Source of the DNA: Ranitomeya imitator
Lineage: Eukaryota
DNA: 64,000 nt
Direction: 5' to 3'
Assembly: GCF_032444005.1 (NCBI RefSeq)
Contig: NC_091289.1
Span: 6,138,001 to 6,202,000 of the forward strand
In this document: positions 1-12,678 of the stretch, piece after piece
How the letters are laid out: every line of letters begins with the position of its first letter
Position numbering within the stretch: position 1 is the stretch's first letter
Translations under genes and position numbers: made by a program
Notes under the pieces: generated by a model
What the model was told of the DNA's origin: nothing
Databases searched by the model: none
Seen by the model: only the letters and a program-made list of their open reading frames with translations

Positions 1-335
1 CAGTGCACTCAGAGCACCAGGCCTACATATGTCACTCATCCACCTATTAATGATCAATGTTTCAGCTAGATTTGCTGCTCCAAACCCTGTCCCAGGCATC
101 CATGCTGTGCAAATATAATATTTGTACTCTGGGTTATTTGATGCCACTTTTCCTGGTCCCTACCACTAATTAATTTGAGCTGTTTTGGCAGCTTTTGGCT
201 CCCCTGAAGGTGTTGTCTATGCATTTGGTTTTGCCTCCTGTTGAATTCAATGGGGTGCAGGTAAGTTCTGCAAACATCCAGAAGTTCGCCGATCCCAGCT
301 GAACCGAACCTTTAATGGTTTGCTCATCTCTATTG

Positions 336-575
336 GGAAACAATAGTTTGATGAGAAAAGTTTCAGAAATTAATTTATCAAGTACACCTACATTCCTAGC
401 CCCCAATCTTGCCTTGCGCAGGCGTGTACTATGGAGGACAGAGAATGAACTTCAATCCAATATTGCAGCCAGCATGCAGCCGGCGGGTAAGGAAAGGGTC
501 AATCAAACACCCGATAACCCCGCCTCTATGGATGAAAATTGTTCCCTCCAAATTCAGGTGACAGTGTCCCTTTAA
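336..575 (-). mobile_element. End fragment of a T2/Kolobok-type MITE (TTAA-AGGG terminus)
   Basis: Ends ...gtgacagtgtccctttaa at 575 (minus strand TTAA-AGGGACACTGTCAC), the terminal pattern of anuran T2 MITEs. The other end was not identified. Confidence 0.45.
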
Positions 576-614
576 CAGAATGTCCTTTCTGCATATACTT
601 CACCAGTTGTGGGG

Positions 615-830
615 AAAAGGCAATGATGGTGGTGGTGGAAAGGACAATAATGGGGGTGGTGGAGGAGAAAGCAATGATGGAGGTGGTGAAGAGGGCAATG
701 ATGGGGGTGGTGGGGAAGGCAATGATGGAGCTGGTGAAAAGGGCAATGATTGGGGTGGGGGAGAGGACAATAATGGGATGCGGGGGGAGGAGGACAAGAT
801 GGGTGTGGGGGATTGGGATGGGAAGAAAGG
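615..830 (+). repeat. Purine-rich degenerate minisatellite, about 24-bp unit
   Basis: Repeated gcaatgatggaggtggtgaagagg-like units. These explain the low-complexity ORFs at 539-880. Confidence 0.8.
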
Positions 831-1317
831 GGATTTATAATGAATTTAGGAACAGGGAAGGTGGAGGAAGTATATAGCACAGTCCCTTAGTATATAGCGT
901 ACTCGCTTATTATTTTATGATGCCGTCCCATATTTTATAGCTTCCTCTGCTGTTATGTACAGTGCTGTCTCTTACATAGTGTATTCTTGTTATTTTTGTT
1001 ATTCACAGCGCCCTCTTTTATTACATAGTCCCCTCTCTTGTTAGATGTAAAATGACTGCTGATGGAGGAGCCGGTGACCAGACGACCAGTCCATCAGCTC
1101 CTCCATTAGAAAAGAAGCATTCCCATGCTCCATCAGCCATAATTGCATTATACAGCTAACAAGACAGAACAGTATGTAATAAAAAATCAGGGCTCTATAT
1201 AATCCAATATGTAAGGGACGGTACTGTACATGACAAGAGAGGGCACTGTATAATAAGGGACGGCAATATACATAACAAAGGAGACTATGTAATATATATA
1301 CATGTATGTGTGTGTGG

Positions 1318-1318
<1 letters not shown>

Positions 1319-1358
<40 letters not shown>
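1319..1358. repeat. (TA)n microsatellite
   Basis: About 20 uninterrupted TA units. Confidence 0.98.
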
Positions 1359-1360
<2 letters not shown>

Positions 1361-1432
1361 GTAGCTTTGGAGAGGGGCCCACAGACACATTTCTTGCACA
1401 GGGGCCCCAAGCTGTCAGTGTCCGCCCCTGCT

Positions 1433-1830
1433 CCATCCCATAGCCCCGTGCCCATATACCCATCATACATATCTTACATCCCATAGCCCCGTGCCCATAT
1501 ACCCATCATACACATCCTCCATCCCATAGTCCCATGCCCATATACCCATCATACATATCTTCCATCCCATAGTCTCATGCCCATATACCCATCATACATA
1601 TCTTCCATCCCATAGTCTCATGCCCATATACCCATCATACATATCTTCCATCCCATAGTCTCATGCCCATATACCCATCATACACATCCTCCATCCCATT
1701 GTCCCATGCCCATATACCCATCATACATATCTTCCATCCCATAGTCCCGTGCCCATATACCCATCATACATATCTTCCATCCCATAGTCCCATTCCCATA
1801 TACCCATCATACTCATCCTCCATCCCATAG
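1433..1830 (+). repeat. 43-bp minisatellite, about 9 copies
   Basis: Unit ccatcccatagtctcatgcccatatacccatcatacatatctt repeated in tandem. Confidence 0.92.
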
Positions 1831-1854
1831 TTCCAAACCCATAAACCTATAATT

Positions 1855-1975
1855 ACATCATCTTCGCCATGGAAACTTATTATGACATCATCGTTACCAT
1901 GGCAACTATATGACATCATCTTCGCCATGGCAACCTTTAAGATATCATCATCGCCATGGCAACCATAATGACATC
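1855..1975. repeat. About 30-bp tandem repeat (4 copies), each with an RFX X-box-like core
   Basis: ccatgg(c/a)aac in every unit. Perfect GTTACCATGGCAAC at 1893-1906. Confidence 0.75.
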
Positions 1976-2263
1976 ATTGTCGATACACACAGACATACAC
2001 TTGTTTTTGTAATAATAATAATAAAGAGCAAAAAAAGGAAAAAGAAAAGAAAAAATCTTTACTTTGCAATTCATAGAACACACGTTTCACACTCTGAAGA
2101 ACATAAAGGCAAATTTGGAAACCCTCCAATATGGTGGCTATGTGAGTGCCCCGTTTCCATGCATGCATAGTCATGCCAAATCTCTGTGTCTTGTGTCTAC
2201 TGAAAATGTCTTCTCCACTTTAAGGAAACTGTGACAGTAAAAGGTAACATCCATCACTGATGG

Positions 2264-3196
2264 TCAATTTTTTTGCTTATACAGATAGACGAGTCTCTTG
2301 ACGGCATCTTTCAGGTCTTTGTTTCTGATACTGTAGATCAGGGGATTCAGTAAAGGGTTAATGAGGGCATAGGTAACGGAGAACACCCTGTTCAGAGTGA
2401 AGAGCTTACTGGTGGTGGGCACAAAATAGATAAAGATAATGGACCCGTAGAAAATAAACACCACCGTCAGATGAGAGGTGCAGGTGGAGAAGGCTTTAAG
2501 CTTTCCGTGGCTGGTCCGGATTCTGAGAACGGTGCTGAAGATGTGAAAGTAGGGAACAAATGTGATGGTAAAAGCTCCAATTCCGAAGATTCCACCCACA
2601 ATTAATATGACTACAATGTTTATATAAGTGTCAGTACAAGAGATCTGGAACAGATGAGGAAGGTCGCAGAAGAAGTTATGGATGGTGTTTGGACCACAGA
2701 AGGTCAACCTGAGTGTGAATAAAGTGTGGACCAGTGAATAGAGGAACCCAAGAATCCAAACCCCAGAGGCCATGTAGGTACAAGCCGTCCAGGACATGAT
2801 CTGGGTGTAACGCAGGGGATGGCAGATGGCAATGTATCTGTCATAGGACATAGCAGAGAGCAAGAAGAGCTCCGCAGTGCCCAAGTAGATGAAGAAGAAG
2901 ACTTGGGTCGTGCAGGCCGGTAAAGATATTGAGTGGTTTTCGGTGACTAAGTCAAGGAGCATTTTAGGAGCCGTCACTGAAGAGTAGGAGACGTCTATAG
3001 AGGCCAAATTTCCAAGAAAGAAGTACATCGGAGTGTGAAGCTGGGAGTCGGTGAAGACACAAAGGATGATCAGGAAGTTTGTGATGACGGTCAAGACATA
3101 GATGAAGAAGAAGACAATGAAGAAAAGATGTAAGTTGTGCGGATGATCTGAGAGGCCGATGAGAATAAATTCTGTCACTTTGGTGAAATTCGTCAT
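2264..3196 (-). CDS. Olfactory receptor, class II (OR1), intact 310 aa
   Basis: Single-exon ORF with an N-terminal NFT glycosylation site and the motifs LHTPMYFFLGNL, MSYDRYIAICHPLRY, FFCDLP, KAFSTCTSHL, PLLNPLIYSIRN. Seven hydrophobic segments. Confidence 0.97.
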   Translation of the reverse strand: MTNFTKVTEFILIGLSDHPHNLHLFFIVFFFIYVLTVITNFLIILCVFTDSQLHTPMYFFLGNLASIDVSYSSVTAPKMLLDLVTENHSISLPACTTQVFFFIYLGTAELFLLSAMSYDRYIAICHPLRYTQIMSWTACTYMASGVWILGFLYSLVHTLFTLRLTFCGPNTIHNFFCDLPHLFQISCTDTYINIVVILIVGGIFGIGAFTITFVPYFHIFSTVLRIRTSHGKLKAFSTCTSHLTVVFIFYGSIIFIYFVPTTSKLFTLNRVFSVTYALINPLLNPLIYSIRNKDLKDAVKRLVYLYKQKN

Positions 3197-5234
3197 TGCG
3201 TTGATCTAAGAACTTTCAATGCTCAGAAACCTGAATGACTTGGGTCAAGTAGACATTGGTAAGTAGGAAGAACACGAGGACGCAAGATGCCGGCACACAC
3301 GTCACCTGAAGGGTTCATATTGTTCTAGTGGAGTCATTGCTGCCCGATAGATATAGAGAAATATAGATCCTCACCCTCCGAGGAGACGCCAGGCGCTGTA
3401 AATAACCAGCCAATTCCTACAAAGCCTCAGAGCATTAATTATAATGTCAAGTTTCTGTGTTTGCCGCTTGAGATCAGTAATTATTCTTCAGTTTTAAACT
3501 TGCAACAAATTGCGCTACTTTTATTATTGTTTTACAACTTAAACTTATAGCTTAAAATGTGTCTATGAAAATTTCAAGAAAGCTTTTTTTTAACCCTCAC
3601 TTATTGACATGATAAAAATGTATAAAATCTGATTGCAATTCTATCATATTCTGAAAATACTTATCCAAATGTATCCAGATCTCTATGGCAACAGACTACA
3701 AAGTCTCTGTGTTGTCTGATTTCAAACCTTTGTCTCTTTTTTCTCTACCAATGGTGTGAAGGAGAGGAGGTAAAGATCTGCAGTATCAGACTACACACAC
3801 TATTACTTGCCTGAAACCAGACTCAGAGCTATGCGTTGGGAAGATTTGGACACTTGCACCATTTACACAAGATTCTTTGGATTAGTAACATTCATATGAT
3901 AAGTCCGATAATGTCTACCTTGGGTTAACTATTAGACGAAAAAGATAATTGACTATTTTGTTCTAAATGGATTCCGGAATCAACGGAAAATGACAACATT
4001 GTAATAAACTGACAACTGCCAATATGGTCCTGTATAGGAATCTGCAGGATGACAAGGACATTCCCAAGTGTTTAGTTCAGGACCTTCAGGGACCGATAAT
4101 GCAGACCAATGGTTAAAGAAATGATAATGAGCACATCGTTTCCCGTAGTATCATCACAGGCACAGACTTTGGTGATATCTACCTTCAAAACCTGTGTTTT
4201 GTAAGATACAACAGGTCTTCTGCTAGAAGAAATCACGGAGGCCGAGTATGATGCATATTTATTTTTACTGATTTTATCATTTTACTGTTCTTATAAGCTG
4301 GATATACTTTTATATATTTTTTGTTAATTTTTGATTTCAAAGTAAAAAGTCATCTTGAATTTCAGATTTGCCAGAAACGGAATTCTTTTGCAATTTTATT
4401 TGCCCGGATCTTACAAAATGGTGACCTGAGCGCCTATCCGCCATTTTGCTGGAAAATGGGTTAAAAAGTAACAAAAAATAAAAATACACAGCCCTCATCT
4501 ATCTTCTTTGGTCTGGTACAATTTTCAGCATCTTCTAATTGCCGACGTCTTTGGTGTTTCCTACACCGACTACGCCTTGACATCATAATGTCGCAGGTTA
4601 ATCGGCGTAGGAGACACTGGTGATGACGGACATCAGAAGATGCCACAGATGCCAGGCATCGAGAGATGCTGAGGATGGAGCAGTGCAGACCACACCGGTG
4701 ACCAGACTAAAGAAGATGACTGGATCGGAGTGGGACTTTGCGGCAGGACAGGTGAGGGCAACGGGAATATAATTTTGTTTTTACATCTATTTATTGTGCT
4801 CTAGGGTTTGGTCGGTGCCTCAGAACATAATAATGCACATTTACACACAGATACATTTATATTTACATTTTATTCACACCCAATACATTTTTTGCAAATT
4901 AAATTTCCTGGCCAAAGTGATGTGAAATACCGGCTTGAACTTCTTTGGATTCACTCATCGCTGGATTATATGGTATTGATACCTTGCACGGTTTTGATGT
5001 TTTTGTGGTATTATTTAGCGCCAGAAGTGGGAAGCTGGAATAAATGGTTGATAAATCAGGATTTATCAGTGGTGATCCTCGTGCTCTATCACAGATCAGT
5101 TTCATCTAGTTATGGACCCAGGGCACCCATAAACCATACACAGATGATTGACAGTTTGCCAGGCGTCATGGCTGAGCCTGAGCCACTGGCCTGACCTGTG
5201 CGCTCTCCCATACTGCTAGCAGAAACAACGTTAC

Positions 5235-6379
5235 TGCAGCGCCCCAGGGTCCTGGTCGTTGCAGTAATGTCATTTTCCTCTAGGGGAGAGTGATGTTACG
5301 TTTGGAGGCAAAGAAGGATAACTGCATCCAGGTATCACAAACATGCAATACATTTCACACTCCAGGCCAACAGGGGGAGCTCTTGCTCCTATTTATTAGG
5401 TCACTCCCCACATTGGAGTGAGTTGCTGGCTGAGCTCCGCTCAGGTAGTTGGTCCCTGACAGGGGTGGGATCCTGTCAGAGGATGAAGGAGAAGGACACG
5501 GAGCTGTGCATGCCCTAAGAGCTGCAGCTCCTAGAAAGAGACACAGAAGGAGAACTGTATTGCCGAGAGGGTTAAAGAAGTCGTAGCAAAGGAGTGAATT
5601 CCAGAAGGGGACCAGCCCTACACAGGCTGCCTCCTTCTGAGGCGCAGGATCCCGGTAGCCGGAACACCGAGGGAGCAACGACCCTTTATGCCTTCCTCCA
5701 GAGACCAGCAGGACAGCTAATTTCACGTTACCTGTCCGCCCTACACCCAGGAGGCACAGTGGCACCCCTTAGAGGCTGGGGCGTGATAGAGTCCCTATAA
5801 ACCGCCTCAAGCCACCAGTCATACGGGTTTGTCCTATCCTATATGGGGGACAGCGAGAGAGACATTACATCTGTGAGACCCTTATGTGAAGCCTTAGGCA
5901 GTAAGGAACTTCAACACCACAGTGCTAGAGGAAGGCTACTGATTTCCACCTGGACAAGGCGACTCTGGACTTGCCTCCAAACCGGCCGGACTCTGCCTGC
6001 CCTGTGATCTGGAGCTCTGGACTGTGGATGCTGAAGCCTTCAGTAAAGGTAAAGAGACTGCAACCTTGTTCACTGCGCCTTACATCATCCACCATCTACA
6101 CACTGGGAAGCCCTGGGGACATACTTCACCTGTGGGAAGGTATACCATCTAGCTGCCATCACATCACCCCCAGCGGACCCCTTAAAGCAGCATCGGTCAC
6201 CCTGACCGAATACCACAGGTGGCGTCACGAACATAAACTCTATAACTCTATCCCATTAAAGACCTTTCCCTTTTACACAGATGTCTCAGGGCCACAGACC
6301 GGGTCAGCCACCATGACATCTCCCCTGTGAACGGAAAGACCCAGTACCGAGTACCCCGCTGCCCTGACGGGGCGATCCA
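5235..6379 (+). mobile_element. Solo LTR, family A (Gypsy-type)
   Basis: TGCAGCGCCCC...GGGGCGATCCA terminal inverted repeats. Homologous to 7270-8374, 10424-11630 and 61727-62977. Flanks ttac/tttt do not form a TSD. Confidence 0.8.
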
Positions 6380-6713
6380 TTTTCCCTGCAGCATCAGAGG
6401 AGGCTAGTGGGACAAAAGCCGGCTGGATACAGCTATTTGGTCAGTTTCAGAGCAAGGATTGCAAGCGCGCACTCCTTATCTAGGAACCCTACCTCCTCTG
6501 AGGTGGCCATAGACTTGGCAATGAACTGGAAACTATAGAATTAAAAATCCCTTATGCCTGGAGCCGGAAGTGGGTGAGTACTATCTGTGTTTGCTACTTT
6601 ATGTGAGCAATAGCTTGGGCACTAGTCTATTGAAAGCAGAAAAGCCATTTAAAGCCAGTGAGGTATAATCTCAATGATTCCTCTTTACACATATGAAGTG
6701 GAACAGCCAAATC

Positions 6714-7125
6714 CAGGAGCCGTCACAGGAGGAGCCATCACAGAAGGAGGTGTCACAGGAGGAGCCGTCACAGGAGGAGCTGTCACAGGAGGAGCCATCA
6801 CAGAAGGAGCCGTCACAGGAAGAGCTATCACAGCAGGAGGTGTCACAGAAGGATCCATCACAGAAGGAGCCAGCACAGGAGGAACAATAGCTAGGAGCTG
6901 TCACGGAAGGATCTATCACAGGAGGAACCATCGCAGGAGGAGCTGTCACAGGAGGAGCCATCATAGAAGGAGCCGTCACAGGAGGAGCTATCACAGCAGG
7001 AGGTGTCACAGAAGGAGCCATCACAGCAGGAGCTGTCACAGAAGGAGCCGTCACAGCAGGAGCCGTCACAGAAGGAGCCATCACAGCAGGAGCTGCCACA
7101 GGAGGCACCATTACAGCAGGAAGCA
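6714..7125 (+). repeat. 15-bp minisatellite (ggagccgtcacagga), copy 1
   Basis: Tandem 15-mers with CpG-decay variants gccgtc/gctgtc/gccatc. Paralogous with 22339-23630. Confidence 0.92.
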
Positions 7126-7269
7126 TCATTGGTTTAAAGTGATATTCATTATTATTAACCTTCTTTGGTTGTCCACTTGCTAAGGCACGTGAAATGAGCA
7201 AACACCAGAGTAAAAATATTTATGCCACCTGCTCACAATGTCACATATCCAGTCTGAAGATGAGGTCCG

Positions 7270-8374
7270 TGTAACCCTCCAGGTAACCGGTTGTTACAGT
7301 GGCATTGCTTTCCTCACGGGGAGAGTGATGTCATGCTTGGAAGCGAGGAAGGATCCCTTTATCAGGTATTAAGCACATACAACACTGTTCTGACTCCAGG
7401 CCAGAAGGGGGAGCTCTGAACCCAGTTTCAGGGGAGCTTCACTAGATAATATATATTCTGGTCTGGAGGAGGAGTTAGTCAGTCTGTCAGAGAGACAGAG
7501 GAAAGTGGAAGCAGATGGAGAAAGTCTGAAAGGAAAGCTGGGGCCATGCAGCCACGTGAGGTGCTGCATCTCTAGAGCAGTGCAGTCTGTAAGAGACTGA
7601 GAGGGTAAATGGTGCACAGGAGAGTAAAGAGCTGTGGGTAAGCTGCGACTGAGCTTCCTCCATGCTGAAGCGCAGATACCGGTAGCTGGAAGACTGAGGT
7701 TGTGTGGCTAACTTCATGCCCCATGGCAGAAACTGGTGGACAGCTAGATTTCAAGTCACCTGTCCACCATTAACACCCAAGGACACAATAACAGATAGAG
7801 CACGGAGTCATCTAAGAGACCTTGTAAAAAGGCTCGAGTTACCTGTTGTGCGAGTAGTGTCCTACCAACAAGGGGCCAGAGAGAAAGTGAGGACCTTGTG
7901 TGAGGCCTAAGGCAGCAAGGGACTGCAAGACGGCACTTAGGGAAGGCTTCCAATCCCACCTGGCTAGGGGGATCCCTGATCCGCTTCCAGGCCGGCCGGA
8001 CCTCACCAGCACCTGTGATCTGGTACCCTGGACTGTGGCTGCCTGAATTCTACAGTAAAAAGATAAAGAGACTGCAACCTTGTGTCCTCTGTTTCTTACT
8101 ACACCATCTTCATCTACTACATCGGGAGCCCTGGGGACCCAGCTTCACCTGTGGGAAGCCATACCATCCCTGCTGCCATAACATCACCCCAGCAGACCCC
8201 TTTAAGCAGCGTGGGTCATCCCTGACCGAGTACCACAGGTGGCGTCACTAACTTTTATTATTTCACAAATCCCCTTTGTGGCCCAGGGCCACAGACCGGG
8301 TCACCACTGCTGTGCCACATCCCTTTAAGTACCGGACCGGTACAGAGATCCCCACGGCCCTGGCGGGCGTTCCA
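7270..8374 (+). mobile_element. Solo LTR, family A, with 4-bp TSD TCCG
   Basis: TGTAACCC...GCGTTCCA, flanked by tccg at 7266-7269 and 8375-8378. Confidence 0.9.
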
Positions 8375-8441
8375 TCCGCACTTGGCATCTACTTCCTTCC
8401 TTGTATAATTTGTAGGAATGGACAACATCCCGTTTGGGTCA

Positions 8442-9893
8442 CATAGAATCCTAGAATGTTAGAGTTACATGGGATCTCCGGGGTCGTCGTGTCCAACCCT
8501 CTGCTCAATGTAAGAGTCACTAAATTATCCCAGACAGATGTACAGTTAGGGCCATATATATTTGGACAGAGACATTTTTCTAGTTTTGGTTATAGACATT
8601 ACCACAATGAATTTTAAACAAAACAATTCAGATGCAGTTGAAGTTCAGACTTTCAGCTTTCATTTGAGGGTATCCACATTAAAATTGGATGAAGGGTTTA
8701 GGAGTTTCAGCTCCTTAAAATGTGCCACCCTGTTTTTAAAGGGACCAAAAGTAATTGGACAATAGACTCCAAGGCTATTTCATGGACAGGTGTGGGCAAT
8801 CCCTTCGTTATGTCATTCTCGATTAAGCAGATAAAAGGCCTGGAGTTGATTTGAGGTGTGGTGCTGCATTTGGAAGGTTTTGCTGTGAAGTAAACATGCG
8901 GTAAAGGAGCTCTCCATGCATGTGAAACAAGCCATCCTGAAGCTGCGAAAACAGAAAAAACCCATCCAAGAAATTGCCATACTGTGTGCTCAGATCCAGC
9001 CAAATGCAGCCAAACTGATTGGTCGTCGTTTCATACTACAGATGGACAATGACCCAAAACATAAAGCCAAAGCAACCCAGGAGTTTACTAAAGCAAAGAA
9101 GTGGAATATTCTTGAATGGCCAAGTCAGTCACCTGATCTCAACCCAATTGAGCAGCATTTCACTTGTTAAAGACTAAACTTCAGACAGAAAGGCCAACAA
9201 ACAAACAGCAACTGAAAACTACCGCCCTGAAGGCCGGGCAGAGCATCAAAAAGGAGGAAACACAGCGTCTGGTGATGTCCATGAGTTCAAGACTTCAGGC
9301 AGTCATTGCCAACAAAGGGTATTCAACTAAGTACTAAAAATGAATATTTTATTTAAAATTATTGAATCTGTCCAATTACTTTTGGTCCCTTTAAAAACAG
9401 GGTGGCACATGTTAAGGAGCTGAAACTCCTAAACCCTTCATCCAATTTTAATGTGGATACCCTCAAATGAAAGCTGAAAGTCTGAACTTCAACTGCATCT
9501 GAATTGTTTTGTTTAAAATTCATTGTGGTAATGTCTATAACCAAAATTAGAAAAATGTTGTCTCTGTCCAAATATATATGGACCTAACTGTATATCCAGA
9601 CTTCCATTGAAGGAGAACTCGCCACCTCTCGTGGCAGCCTGTTCCACTCATTGATCGCCCTCACTGTCAAAAAGTTTATTCTAATATCTAATCTTTATCT
9701 TCTCCCTTTCAGTTTCCTTCCATTGCTTCTCGTGTTTCCAGGTGTAGATGAGAATAATGATCCTTCTACACTGTGACGGCACTTCAGATATTTGTAGACG
9801 GCTATTAAGTCTCCTCTCAGTCTTCTCTTTTGCAGCTAAACCTTCCCAGATCCTGTAACCGTTCCTCGTAGGACATACTCTGCAGTCCGCTCA
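8442..9893 (-). mobile_element. CR1 LINE 3' fragment, interrupted by the Tc1 element
   Basis: catagaatcctagaatgttagagtt... is the reverse complement of the CR1 (ATTCTATG)n-type tail. After the Tc1, the minus strand encodes a SYEERL-like CR1 ORF2 C-terminus near 9870. Confidence 0.8.
8543..9590 (+). mobile_element. Tc1-like DNA transposon, internally deleted, non-autonomous
   Basis: TA TSD (8541-8542, 9591-9592). About 220-bp terminal inverted repeats (CAGTTAGG...CCTAACTG). The transposase N-terminus [21 protein letters not shown] is fused to the catalytic part QMDNDPKH...[12 protein letters not shown]. Confidence 0.95.
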
Positions 9894-10423
9894 CTAGTGG
9901 TTCTGCAATTTCCTTTAACTCTTTCTGGAGGGTCAAGTTGTAGCCGGTAAACCTCATTTTCCTGGTTTATAAGGGAAGCAGATAGGGGGACCCCACTAGG
10001 ACTTGCCTGTTGCTGCTCCTGAGATGTGTTACCCTCCTCTTAAATTATAAACTACATCTAAGCAGCCACTGGACATATCCAATCATTCCGTGTCTAGATA
10101 GTTGGGGGAGGCATTTCGGACAGCTTGTGGCCCCTGGGCTGCGCATTACTACTCCATAGACACGGTGATCATGGTACCAAACCTCATCTGTTAATAAAGA
10201 TAAAAAATGAGGCCAAACTAATTTGGGACCCCCACTAAGGGCGTGTTTTCCAGATTTGTACCTACAGTAGATACCGAGATATATCCTGCACATTGGATAG
10301 GTGGGAATTTGCTGATTGCTGGGGGTCCCAAAAACAGAGTTCAACGATGGTATCTGAATGAATTGACAGTCAATCATCACTGCTCCATTTATTGTCTATG
10401 AGTCTGTTGGTCATAGCCATATA

Positions 10424-11630
10424 TGAAGCGCCCCCGTAGGGCCGTGGGGTACTCGGATCCGTGCTCTTCTGTAGTCAATGGGGATGTCACGGTGACTGAC
10501 CTGGTCATGGCCCTCGGGTGGTCCGTTGATGAAATGGGGGGGAAAGGTCTTTAAAGGGATAATGTTCGTGACGCCACCTGTGGTGTTCAGTCAGGGTGAC
10601 CGACGCTGCTTGGGGTCCACTGGGGTGATGTGATGGCAGCTAGATGGTATACCTTCCCACAGGTGCAGTATGTCCCCAGGGCTTCCCAGTGTGTAGATGG
10701 TGGATGATGTAAGGCGCGGTGAATAACGAGGACACAAGGTTGCAGTCTCTTTACCTTTTACTGAAGGTTTCAGCATCCACAGTCCAGGGTAGGGACCACA
10801 GAGTAGGCAGAGTCCGGCCGGTCTGAAGGCAAATCCAGAGTCCCCTTGTCCAGGAGGAAATCAATAGCCTTCCCCTACCGCACAGTAACACAGTAAGTCC
10901 CTACTTGCATAAGCTCCAATAAGGTCCTCACTGTTATTACTCCTCTCACTGTTCCCCGTGGTCGTATAGAACAAAACCCGTATGACTGATGACCTGAGGC
11001 TTTTTACAGGGACCCTAGAGATGCCCCGGCCCCCACAAGTTGCCACCATGTCTTCTTAGGTATTAATTTAACGTCGGGCAGCTAACGTGGAATTAACTGT
11101 CCTGCCAGTCTCTGAAGTAACGGCATAGAGCACTTTACTCCCTCAGTATTCTGGCTACCGGATCTGCGCTTCAGATGGAGGCAGCCTGCTTCTAGCTGGT
11201 CTCCCACTGATGTTTCACTCCTATTGCTATGACTTCTTTTCTCACTCACTACAGCACAATTCTCTTCGTGTCCTTTCCTGGGATGCTGCCGCTTGGGATG
11301 CAGGCGCAGCTCCGTGTACCCTCGTCTTCCTCAGACCTCAATCTGGATCTGACTGGAGATCACTCCAGCCAGCTCGACCTGGAGACCTTTCCTCGTCGGT
11401 CCCCAGTCAGGAACTCTCTAACTTTCTCCCCAACCCACCAGTTTTACCCTAATGTGAAGAGTGGCCTAATAGATAGAACCTTTGCTCCCCCTGGTGGACT
11501 GGAGTGTGAAGTGTGTGTGTGGCTGTGATACCTGGACAGAAGATCTCCTTCATTGCCTTCAGACGTAACATCACTCCCCCTGGTGGAAGAATAACATTAC
11601 TGCAACGAACCAGGACTCTGGGGCGCTGCA
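10424..11630 (-). mobile_element. Solo LTR, family A, with 4-bp TSD TATA
   Basis: TGAAGCGCCCC...GGGGCGCTGCA, flanked by tata at 10420-10423 and 11631-11634. Reverse orientation relative to 5235-6379. Confidence 0.9.
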
Positions 11631-12678
11631 TATACATTTCATGACAGTCCTGTAGGCAATAAATAGAGCGGATGCGCTCATGGGGCATTGTCTCTAGAGC
11701 CCTGTAGTTGGAATCGGTGGCACTTTCCAGTGATCAGCAGGATTGCCTATCTTATGCGTTGGTGTCAAATGGTTTGTGCTAAGATGGCAAGGTAATTGGT
11801 GATCAAACTAGATTAATGCTCATGTAAGGGGATGGAGGTATTGTCCGCGCTTCCCCTTAAAGAATATGCAAATTGTTATAATGTTTAATGTGTATTGTGA
11901 TGTGGCAGGTGAATTGTGACTTGTGTTAATGATGGTGATAATGTGTGTAGTTTGACAGTAGGGATAGTGAGAGTTAATGTTTGGAACTGGCCCAGAGTGG
12001 GAGGGGAGAGGTGAAGGGACAGAGACAGTTTCCTGATAGAAAGACAGACAGGACCTAGGTTGCAGCTAGAGCAAGCAGCGCTCTGATCTGATTACTCAGC
12101 AGAACTGCATGCAGTGGGTGTCCCTGCGGCAAGAGAAGAACTATTGGAGCAGATAGTAAGAGCCTGTAAGAGAAGAACTAGAAGAGACGCGAGCAGCAGT
12201 CCGGAATCGGGAGAGAGACAGTGAAAGAAAGAATATCTGGGCCTGGGGCAGGAAACCTACAAGGACGGTACGGAGTCTTCGGGCAGAGAGGTAACGGAAG
12301 GCAAAAGTAACGGGAAAGAAGACAATAACGATATTATTGTAACTACTAAGCTTCTATAGTGAAGAAAGCCAAGTAGTCGCCATATTGGGACACATCTTCT
12401 CCTACAGAGAAATTAAAGGACGCGTTGCTACAGGATGGAGTCTATGATTCTTGAGACTGGACACTGGAAGTGCTATTGAGGTGTCGTATCGGGGAACCTC
12501 ATCCCGTGGGGTCCGCATTAGTCAGCTGGGAGCTGAGAGTAACTGTGAGGGCCCGTAGTGTTACACCTTAACCCGTGCGGCCCCCACAGAGGAAAACGGA
12601 AGCTCCCAAGATAGTGTGCTGGTAGAGTAACCAGGGAAGGTAGAGTGTTTCCAGGAAAGAAGGAGATGTGTGTGATCA

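Noticed and set aside
539-880. Gly-rich, His-rich and Pro-rich ORFs on both strands
   Set aside because: Translations of a purine-rich 24-bp minisatellite.
1433-1830. CRISPR-like array (also considered for the 57-bp arrays)
   Set aside because: Head-to-tail repeats without unique spacers, in a vertebrate context with no cas genes.
11824-12432. Possible additional solo LTR (TGTAAG...GCTACA with ATTAAA)
   Set aside because: No TSD, weak terminal repeats and no second copy in the window.
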